A stretch of 16,249 bases of DNA, taken from IMG/VR virus record IMGVR_UViG_3300035495_000018, positions 88,104 to 104,352 of that record; one strand, given 5' to 3'. The stretch comes from a virus (taxonomy: Duplodnaviria > Heunggongvirae > Uroviricota > Caudoviricetes > Crassvirales). Made by a program: the position numbers and the translations under genes. Below are positions 1-5,963 of this stretch, one piece after another. A model generated the notes under the pieces. The model was not told where the DNA came from, did not search any database, and saw nothing but the letters and a program-made list of their open reading frames with translations. How positions within the stretch are numbered: the first letter of the stretch is position 1; each line of letters begins with the position of its first letter.

Positions 1-190
1 TGATACTATAGTTAAGACTGATTCTATTCAGGTCCCAGTATACATAGAGAAGACAAAAGAAGTCAATAAGATTAAAGGCTATCAATACTTTCTAATGTAC
101 TCTGGAGTAACTCTCTTCTTGTTAATTGCGTACATAATTTACAGGTATATAAGAAAGAACCTAGACAAGATTAAAAAACTATTTAGTTAG
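1..190 (+). CDS. C-terminal part of a membrane protein, possibly a spanin/lysis lipoprotein (5' truncated by the window edge)
   Basis: Not in the ORF track. Frame from position 2 reads DTIVKTDSIQVPVYIEKTKEVNKIKGYQYFLMYSGVTLFLLIAYIIYRYIRKNLDKIKKLFS* (TAG 188-190). It has a beta-rich stretch, one C-terminal TM helix and a basic tail, and lies upstream of the holin-like and amidase genes. The spanin role is inference. Confidence 0.6.
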   Translation, partial: DTIVKTDSIQVPVYIEKTKEVNKIKGYQYFLMYSGVTLFLLIAYIIYRYIRKNLDKIKKLFS

Positions 191-277
191 CAGTGATTAT
201 AATGACTACGACAATAGTCTCAGCAATTTCAACTACAGCTATAGTGATGTTAATGCTAATCTAGGGTTGCTCTAATC

Positions 278-301
278 TCTTCCAGGCTTCGGCTTGGAAG
301 A
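278..301 (+). other. Stable RNA hairpin with C(UUCG)G tetraloop
   Basis: TCTTCCAGGC-TTCG-GCTTGGAAGA: 10-bp stem with one G-U pair and no U-tract after it, 27 nt upstream of the holin-like ATG. Confidence 0.8.
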
Positions 302-328
302 CAACAGAAACCAATTAAAACTTACTAT

Positions 329-706
329 ATGAATGAAATCCTAATAACAGGAGGAATAGGTGTTATCTCTACTATAGTCAGTGGCTGGGCCAGCTGGGTA
401 TTTGCTAGGAAGAAATACTACAGTGAGGTTGACCACAATCTAATAGAGAACATGGAAAACTCCCTTGAGTTCTATAAGAAACTCTCTGATGATAACAGAG
501 CCAGACTTGAAGAGATGGCTGAGAGAAACAAAGCACTAGAAGGTGAGTTACAAGAACTGAGGAAGCAGGTACTTAATCTTACAATGAATATTTGTTTGGA
601 CCTTACCTGTGCTCACAGAGTTAGAGAAAGACAAATTATAACTAGAAAGAACAATGGGAAAAGTAAAGATAGGCTCGATGAAACACAAGATTCTAGTAGA
701 GGGTGA
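329..706 (+). CDS. Holin-like protein (N-terminal TM helix plus coiled coil)
   Basis: Hydrophobic N-terminus ILITGGIGVISTIVSGWASWVFA, then basic residues and a heptad-rich coiled coil. Located just upstream of the endolysin. Confidence 0.6.
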   Translation: MNEILITGGIGVISTIVSGWASWVFARKKYYSEVDHNLIENMENSLEFYKKLSDDNRARLEEMAERNKALEGELQELRKQVLNLTMNICLDLTCAHRVRERQIITRKNNGKSKDRLDETQDSSRG

Positions 707-860
707 TGCCAATCTACTAGAACCTAATGAAATACTAATAGCTAAATCAGAAGGATACACAGTACTCAGAGAAAGGCTTACAGATGGTTCTATCAAAACC
801 TCTGTAGTAGTACCTCTTGAGGAGTTTGTATCTAAGACTAAAGATGAGAAAGATAACTGA
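654..860 (+). CDS. Small hypothetical protein (68 aa; start may be the ATG at 678)
   Basis: ORF overlapping both neighbours and filling the gap between the holin-like and amidase genes. Confidence 0.6.
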   Translation: MGKVKIGSMKHKILVEGDANLLEPNEILIAKSEGYTVLRERLTDGSIKTSVVVPLEEFVSKTKDEKDN

Positions 861-1254
861 AATCATAGTACATTGCAGTGCTACTCCTGAAGGTAAAGAC
901 TACACAGTAGCTGATATTGACAAGTGGCATAAAGCAAGAGGCTTTAAATGTATAGGTTACCATTATGTAGTATACAGAGATGGTACTTATCACAGAGGTA
1001 GACAGGATTCAGAAGTAGGTGCTCATTGCACAGGACACAATTCCAATTCAATTGGAATCTGCTATATTGGAGGTGTAGCAAAGGATGGTAAGACTCCTAA
1101 AGATACAAGGACAGAAGCTCAAAAGAAAACACTAATATCTCTTCTTAGAACTATGAAGGCTAGATACCCTAATGCTAAAATTTATGGTCATAGAGACTTC
1201 GCTAATAAGGCTTGTCCATCCTTTGATGCTACTACAGAATACAAGGATATTTAA
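844..1254 (+). CDS. N-acetylmuramoyl-L-alanine amidase endolysin (T7 lysozyme / Amidase_2 family)
   Basis: Family motifs IIVHCSAT, IGYHYVV, GAHCTGHNSNSIGICYIGG and YGHRDF..KACPSFD, including the His/His/Cys zinc ligands. Start reassigned from 817 to ATG 844 (MRKITEIIVHC), the usual N-terminus of the family. Confidence 0.93.
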   Translation: MRKITEIIVHCSATPEGKDYTVADIDKWHKARGFKCIGYHYVVYRDGTYHRGRQDSEVGAHCTGHNSNSIGICYIGGVAKDGKTPKDTRTEAQKKTLISLLRTMKARYPNAKIYGHRDFANKACPSFDATTEYKDI

Positions 1255-1272
1255 CTCTTAAACTTATATAGT

Positions 1273-1368
1273 ATGGCTAGGAAAGTTAAAAGACCTAAAC
1301 CTATGTCACCTAAAGCAGGTGTAAACCCTGGACATAAGTATGGATGTGGAGGAAAGGTTAAGAAATAA
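1273..1368 (+). CDS. 31-aa highly basic microprotein MARKVKRPKPMSPKAGVNPGHKYGCGGKVKK
   Basis: Translated by hand: ATG 1273, TAA 1366-1368, AT-rich leader (ttaaacttatatagt). It fills the otherwise empty gap after the amidase and overlaps the next gene's start. Confidence 0.7.
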   Translation: MARKVKRPKPMSPKAGVNPGHKYGCGGKVKK

Positions 1369-1747
1369 ATCTCTCCATAAACTGTTGATATTAGCTATTA
1401 AGTACACTCCACTAGTTATTGCATTGTGTTATATGTTAAACACGCTATTTGCTTGGATGGGGTTCTACTTTGAACCCCTCAGCAACATAGCAGGCATGTC
1501 ATTAATTACATGGGTATTTACTTACTTAGCTACTATAGCATTCAAATTCTGTGTGTATCATAGAATGTTTCTATGGTACATTCTAGCAGATGATATGCTT
1601 AATATTATTGACTACTATTGGTCATTGCCAATAACAGATAGTCAAATTTTGAGACTCCATAATGGTATTATAGGTTTATTGTTATTTGCATTGCTAATAG
1701 TATATGTTAAGAGTAATAAGGGAGAGGCTCCTTCAGATAATAAATGA
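1340..1747 (+). CDS. Integral membrane protein (about 3-4 TM segments)
   Basis: Hydrophobic segments LLILAIKYTPLVIALCYMLNTLFAW, IAGMSLITWVFTYLATIAF and GIIGLLLFALLIVYV. Confidence 0.7.
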   Translation: MDVEERLRNKSLHKLLILAIKYTPLVIALCYMLNTLFAWMGFYFEPLSNIAGMSLITWVFTYLATIAFKFCVYHRMFLWYILADDMLNIIDYYWSLPITDSQILRLHNGIIGLLLFALLIVYVKSNKGEAPSDNK

Positions 1748-2000
1748 TATTGACGCAGGCAATAGTCATATCACAGAGGAGGAAGCAATTGAGTTGGCTA
1801 AAGTAATTCAATCATATACTGACAAGACTCAGAAGCTTAGTAAGTATAAAGCTTGTCAATACCTTAATGTAAGCAGGGCTACCTTTGATAACTATGTTAG
1901 AGAAGGACTACTACCAAGAGGTAAGAAAGAGATTGGATTCAAGGAGTTATTCTGGGTTGAAAAAGACCTAGAAGAATTTAAGAGGAAGAGTAGATGTTGA
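1704..2000 (+). CDS. Excisionase/MerR-type helix-turn-helix DNA-binding protein (HTH_17-like)
   Basis: C-terminal LSKYKACQYLNVSRATFDNYVREGLLPRG matches the HTH_17 pattern (L...EAA.YLGVS..T...(W/Y)...G.LP). Confidence 0.8.
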   Translation: MLRVIRERLLQIINDIDAGNSHITEEEAIELAKVIQSYTDKTQKLSKYKACQYLNVSRATFDNYVREGLLPRGKKEIGFKELFWVEKDLEEFKRKSRC

Positions 2001-2344
2001 CAGAAAGAAAATTTAGAGTTCCTATATATGACTTCAAGGTAATAGTCACAGTCTTTGATGATTATACTGAGGCTAGGAACAAGTTCCCTCATGCACTTGT
2101 AAGTAGTGCTTATGGGTGTACAATGGAATACATTGACTGTGGTAAATGCCACATACTCATACCATCAAGTGGTATGTCAACTGTAGTTCATGAGCTTGAG
2201 CATGTAAAGAACCTAATATGGAAGTTCACAGGTTATCAATCTCAAGCAGGCAATGATGAACCTGATGCCTATTTAATGGGCTATCTTTATGAACAGGTTG
2301 AGAAAATACTGAATATACACAAGAAGTTAGCATCTAGATGCTAA
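1994..2344 (+). CDS. Small HExxH (zincin-like) putative metallopeptidase
   Basis: TVVHELEHV followed by DEPDAYLMGYL, which supplies a candidate third Glu ligand. Confidence 0.6.
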   Translation: MLTERKFRVPIYDFKVIVTVFDDYTEARNKFPHALVSSAYGCTMEYIDCGKCHILIPSSGMSTVVHELEHVKNLIWKFTGYQSQAGNDEPDAYLMGYLYEQVEKILNIHKKLASRC

Positions 2345-2357
2345 GTTTAAAATTCAT

Positions 2358-2394
2358 AACACCCATAGGGTCAATACCTTATGGGTGTTTTTTT
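2358..2394 (+). terminator. Rho-independent terminator
   Basis: AACACCCATAGGG-TCAATA-CCTTATGGGTGTT stem followed by a T run. Confidence 0.9.
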
Positions 2395-2409
2395 GTACCC
2401 TTAGCATTG

Positions 2410-2441
2410 TTAGGCCCCATGGGATTTTATACATACCTTTG
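2410..2441 (+). promoter_or_regulatory. Bacteroidetes housekeeping-sigma-type promoter
   Basis: -7 element TAnnTTTG = TACCTTTG (2434-2441), with a weak -33 element TTAG 20 nt upstream. It lies just after a terminator and 56 nt before ATG 2498. Confidence 0.65.
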
Positions 2442-2497
2442 CATCCGTAAGCTTACAAAATAAACCTAATTAAAAACACACAATTAACTTCATTACT

Positions 2498-4298
2498 ATG
2501 AGAATTATAGAAGAAGATGATACTGTAGTTAGAGAAGAAAAGAAGGAGTATGCCTCTAGGGGTGTTGGTAATGCAGGCCTCACACTGGGTAAACTTTAAT
2601 TATGCTCAGTATAAACTCCCTTAATTGCTGGGAACTCCTAATAGGACAATCAGCAGCTAAGACTTAATTTTTCATTTATACTCTTGCAAGTTCCAATAAT
2701 ACCTAGTATATTTGTAAAAAATAAATTAGGTATGGTAGGAACAATTTACAGATTTGAATCCCCTTCTGGTAAGTCCTATATTGGACAAACAGTAGATGCT
2801 AGAAGAAGAAAAGCAGAATTTACTAATTTTGATGGTAAATACTCTGGTAAAAAGTTTGATAATGCTAGAAGAAAATACGGACCTGACTCTTTCAAGTATG
2901 AAGTATTAATTCAACTCTATAATATAGATAGAGAAGAATTAAGAAGACAGCTTGATGAAATGGAAATATACTTTATTAAGAAGTATGATTCGTATCACAA
3001 TGGTTATAATATGACTGAGGGAGGTTCTGGTTCTAAAGGCTGTTTTCAAACTGAGGAAAGTAGAAAGAAGATTAGCTTAAAAGCAATTGGAAAACCTGGT
3101 ACTTTCAAAGGTAAACATCACTCAGAAGAAACTAAAAAGCTTCTTAGTGAATATGCTAAAACAAGAATAGGAAGTAAGAATCCTTTCTATGGTAAGAAAT
3201 GTCCTGAAAGTACAAAGGAAGCTTTGAGAAAAGCTAATGGGATACCAGTTATACAGCTTGATTTAGAAGGAAACTTTATTAAAGAATTTCCTACAGCTAG
3301 AGATGCTGCCAATAGCTTTGGTAAGCCTAGAGCTAATTCTGATATAATTAAAGTCTGTAAGAATTATGTGTCTCCCTCAGGAAAACATTATAAAACTGCA
3401 CTGGGTTATAAATGGAAATATAAGGAAAGTTCAACGACTATTCCGAAAGGAAGTACATTACAAGCTAATGGTAATGGAAATGGGGAGTACTCAATAGAGT
3501 AAAGATATAGTCTCAACAATATAGTAATATATTGAAGTTCATAAGAGAACTGCATAGAACTTGCGACTCTATGTGAAGATAATGATAATCGGTACTGCAC
3601 TTGGTGCTTATGCTCTTAGTGGTAGAAACAATGGTTGGAACCTATTTGGCAGCAATGCCTCTATGCCTGAGAATGTAAATATCCTAGCTTCAGGTCTTGG
3701 TGCTGCTAATGGTACTAATGCTCCTACTGCTTTCCAAGCTTGGGAACAAGGATGTGACAATTACCTAAAGGCTACTACTAACTTCTATGAAGGTATGCTA
3801 TCTGAACAGGAGCAAAGATTTAGTGACAGACAGACTCTAGATAGTCAACTATTCAGTGTTTGGAAGTCTCAAGTAGATGGTGACTTTGGTCTATATCAAA
3901 GCCAAAGAAATGGTTTTGATGGTCTAAACAAGAAGCTCAATGAAAGTGCTTTTGCCCTTTACAAGAGTCAGAGAGATGGATTTGATGCTCTCTCAGGTAG
4001 AATATCTCAACTCGAAACTAAGCAGGCTGTAGCTGATGCAGTAGAGCCTTGGAGAGCTAAGGTTCTTGATATGCAGATTAACTGCGTAAATAATGCTGCA
4101 CAGAGTGGTATTGCTCTAGAAGCTGAGAGAAGGTGCTGCAATGATGGTAAGATTGTCAACTATGCAAATAGCACATTCTATCCTATTGCTGTAGCTAATG
4201 TGACTACTGGTACTACTACAACTCTGAGAAATCTATTCAACCCACTTCAGGGTGGATGTTCTTGCAGCTGTGGTTCAACAGTACAACCTAACATCTAA
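2498..4298 (+). CDS. Intron-split hypothetical protein, join(2498..2590,3585..4298), 268 aa; Gly-rich hydrophobic N-terminal segment, helical repeats, Cys-rich tail
   Basis: Exon 1 MRIIEEDDTVVREEKKEYASRGVGNAGLTLG joins in frame to exon 2 IIGTALGAYALSGRNNG..., giving a continuous hydrophobic segment GVGNAGLTLGIIGTALGAYAL. The track's ORF 3561..4298 is exon 2 with a spurious TTG start inside the intron. Confidence 0.88.
2683..2714 (+). promoter_or_regulatory. Intron-internal Bacteroidetes-type promoter for the endonuclease
   Basis: cTTG (2683-2686), 20-nt spacer, TATATTTG (2707-2714), 17 nt before ATG 2732. Same layout (cTTGCA...TAnnTTTGTA) as the promoter at 13172-13203. Confidence 0.6.
2732..3502 (+). 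CDS. GIY-YIG homing endonuclease with NUMOD3 repeats and a C-terminal NUMOD1/IENR1-like HTH domain (256 aa)
   Basis: GTIY...SYIGQT, conserved Arg (RRRK), Glu (LDEMEIYFIK) and Asn (GYNMTEGG). NUMOD3-like units QTEESRKKIS, KGKHHSEETKKLLS, YGKKCPESTKEAL. C-terminal PVIQLDLEGNFIKEFPTARDAA...GYKWKY. Start moved from TTG 2684 to ATG 2732. Confidence 0.93.
   Translation: MVGTIYRFESPSGKSYIGQTVDARRRKAEFTNFDGKYSGKKFDNARRKYGPDSFKYEVLIQLYNIDREELRRQLDEMEIYFIKKYDSYHNGYNMTEGGSGSKGCFQTEESRKKISLKAIGKPGTFKGKHHSEETKKLLSEYAKTRIGSKNPFYGKKCPESTKEALRKANGIPVIQLDLEGNFIKEFPTARDAANSFGKPRANSDIIKVCKNYVSPSGKHYKTALGYKWKYKESSTTIPKGSTLQANGNGNGEYSIE
3885..3992 (+). repeat. Two-copy 66-nt (22-aa period) internal repeat in the intron host gene
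   Basis: FGLYQSQRNGFDGL (codons from 3885) and FALYKSQRDGFDAL (codons from 3951). A degenerate half unit FSVWKSQVDGD precedes them. Confidence 0.8.
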
Positions 4299-4300
4299 AC

Positions 4301-4325
4301 ATAGGGGAGTGTAATGCTCCCCTAT
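4301..4325 (+). other. Intergenic GC-rich hairpin (attenuator or RNA stability/processing element)
   Basis: ATAGGGGAG...CTCCCCTAT stem directly after the stop of the split gene, with no clear U-tract. Confidence 0.7.
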
Positions 4326-4340
4326 TAATACCAAGTTTTT

Positions 4341-4805
4341 ATGTATCCAGTTAATCAAGTAATACTAGGTAATACAGACCCCCTTGCAACTAGTCTTGAT
4401 AATATTGATGCTCAAATGCAGATGTATCAAGCTAAACTGCAACAACTAAAAGCTGTACAACAAGCTCAGTCTGTAAAACTAATATGGGATGATGTTGATG
4501 CTGAAATAAAGCCAATGTCTAAAGAACAAAGGGAGAGACTCTTTCAGGATAATGACTACTTAGAGAATTACAATGAGATTCAAGAGATGGTTCAAGCAGA
4601 GATACTTAATCTAGTTAAGCCAAGAATTGAAAACACTGAAAGAGGAAAGGAGCTCTTGAGTAACCAACTGAAGATAGTTAAGAAGCTCAAGACTAAAATT
4701 ATCAATGATACTAACAGAGAGATGGAGTTGTTTGTTAGATTCAAGGAATATACCAAGCAACATCCTAATGCTACTTATGAGGAATTTCTAAAAACTAATG
4801 TATAA
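4341..4805 (+). CDS. Hypothetical helical protein (154 aa)
   Basis: ORF track. Gln-rich coiled-coil N-terminal half. Stop overlaps the next ATG (TAATG). Confidence 0.8.
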   Translation: MYPVNQVILGNTDPLATSLDNIDAQMQMYQAKLQQLKAVQQAQSVKLIWDDVDAEIKPMSKEQRERLFQDNDYLENYNEIQEMVQAEILNLVKPRIENTERGKELLSNQLKIVKKLKTKIINDTNREMELFVRFKEYTKQHPNATYEEFLKTNV

Positions 4806-5185
4806 TGGTAACTATTGAACAGTTGGATATTAAATTAAAAGAGTATATTCTAGGTCAGGTTGATAGTCTTGCAAAAGACACACCTATAGTCAGCTTTATC
4901 AAACCTATTATAACAAGAGTAGTTGACAAGAACTTTACTAAAGTCAAGAGTTTTATGAACCTTATTGCTGATGAAGATGGTAAGGTTGATGTAGAGAGTA
5001 TACTTACAGAGATGACTGAATCAGTCATGAAGACAAAGTCCTTCACTTTTAATACTGGGCTATTGGGTGATATGGAAATTGGAGATGGAATGATTAAGTT
5101 GAAGATACCCATGATAAATAAAAGCTTGGTGTTTAATTCAGAAGACCTTGATGGTCTGAAAGAAGCATTAACATCTAAATCATAA
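4805..5185 (+). CDS. Hypothetical protein (126 aa)
   Basis: ORF track. Translationally coupled to the previous gene. Confidence 0.8.
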   Translation: MVTIEQLDIKLKEYILGQVDSLAKDTPIVSFIKPIITRVVDKNFTKVKSFMNLIADEDGKVDVESILTEMTESVMKTKSFTFNTGLLGDMEIGDGMIKLKIPMINKSLVFNSEDLDGLKEALTSKS

Positions 5186-5190
5186 ATACT

Positions 5191-5415
5191 ATGTCTAAGA
5201 TTTATACAATTACTAAGGATGCAGCACATAGCACTCAAGGAAGTGATGTAGATGCACTCATTGAAAAGGCTTTTGAAGAAGGCTGTGAACATGGCTATAA
5301 GAAAGCTATGAAGGAGATGGAAGCCTATAATGAGAAAGGTGGTAGGATTGGCAGGATGCATTTCAAAGAGGGCTTTGAGGAAAAGATTGAAAAGCTGAAA
5401 GAAAAATATAAGTAA
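5191..5415 (+). CDS. Hypothetical charged protein (74 aa)
   Basis: ORF track. Tight spacing to both neighbours (5 nt and 2 nt). Confidence 0.7.
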   Translation: MSKIYTITKDAAHSTQGSDVDALIEKAFEEGCEHGYKKAMKEMEAYNEKGGRIGRMHFKEGFEEKIEKLKEKYK

Positions 5416-5417
5416 CC

Positions 5418-5816
5418 ATGGGTGTTCAGCATTTCAAGATGGATAAGTATGACTGGAGTATCAGTATTTACTATACAGTAAATGATGCTCAGAAGTCAGA
5501 GATTATAGAAGACCTCAAGAGTGTAGGCTGTAGTGGTGATACTCTTAACTCTATAATCAAGAACCTTGATAAGGCCCAATTGGATACAGGCTTTGCATAC
5601 TCAAATTATGAGTATAAATGGTCAATTCTAGTAATCCATAAAGCATCAAGTGTAGGTGAGTTCATCAATACTTTTGAGCATGAGAAGAGCCATTTGCAGA
5701 TGCATCTGTGTGAGGCTTTAGATATTAATCCTTATTCAGAAGAAGCTGCACATATGAGTGGTGACCTATCTCAAACAGTACTTGAAGAAGCTTTGTACTC
5801 TATAGTAGAGTTATAA
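5418..5816 (+). CDS. Second small HExxH putative metallopeptidase
   Basis: TFEHEKSHL followed by SEEAAHMSGDL. Same overall layout as 1994..2344. Confidence 0.6.
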   Translation: MGVQHFKMDKYDWSISIYYTVNDAQKSEIIEDLKSVGCSGDTLNSIIKNLDKAQLDTGFAYSNYEYKWSILVIHKASSVGEFINTFEHEKSHLQMHLCEALDINPYSEEAAHMSGDLSQTVLEEALYSIVEL

Positions 5817-5824
5817 CTGCTAAA

Positions 5825-5860
5825 ATAGGGAAGATACAACCGTGTCTTCCCTATTCTTGT
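5825..5860 (+). terminator. Rho-independent terminator
   Basis: ATAGGGAAGATAC-AACC-GTGTCTTCCCTAT 13-bp stem followed by TCTTGT (weak U-tract). Confidence 0.75.
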
Positions 5861-5903
5861 ATAATGATAGTACTATACTTTCTATTAGTAAAATATTAAA
5901 CCC

Positions 5904-5935
5904 CTTTCATATGTTATGCATAATTGCTACCTTTG
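5904..5935 (+). promoter_or_regulatory. Bacteroidetes-type promoter for the capsid operon
   Basis: -7 element TACCTTTG at 5928-5935, intergenic after a terminator and 28 nt before ATG 5964. The -33 element is degenerate (TTTC). Confidence 0.6.
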
Positions 5936-5963
5936 CACAGAAGTTTAAATAAAAGAGGAAAGT

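Larger units (their letters stand above)
2591..3584 (+). mobile_element. Self-splicing group I intron (IA2-like), 994 nt, with a homing endonuclease ORF in the P6 region
   Basis: P1: exon ACTGGGT (2584-2590) pairs with IGS GCTCAGT (2604-2610), with U.G at the 5' splice site. P10: ATTAT (2599-2603) pairs with exon 2 ATAAT (3585-3589). Terminal G at 3584. P3 ACTCCCT (2615-2621)/GGGGAGT (3482-3488); P4 TTGCTG/CAGCAG; P5 TCCT-AAT-AGGA; R element GTTCAACGACTA (3429-3440); S element AAGATATAGTCT; P7 GACTA/TAGTC; P7.1 TTCC-GAAA-GGAA; P7.2 CATTAC/GTAATG; P8 TACTC-AATA-GAGTA; P9 CAATATA-GTAA-TATATTG. Confidence 0.95.

Noticed and set aside
202-264. 20-aa hydrophobic ORF MTTTIVSAISTTAIVMLMLI
   Set aside because: Most simply the off-frame reading of the AAY-rich tract. 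It cannot be excluded as a small membrane peptide, but nothing independent supports it.
2684-2731. ORF-track N-terminal extension of the endonuclease
   Set aside because: It overlaps the predicted promoter, and GIY-YIG domains normally begin a few residues after the Met, which fits ATG 2732.
3561-3584. ORF-track TTG start (MRLYVKIM) for the 245-aa ORF
   Set aside because: It lies within the 3' end of the intron (P9 region and terminal G). The real N-terminus is exon 1 at 2498.
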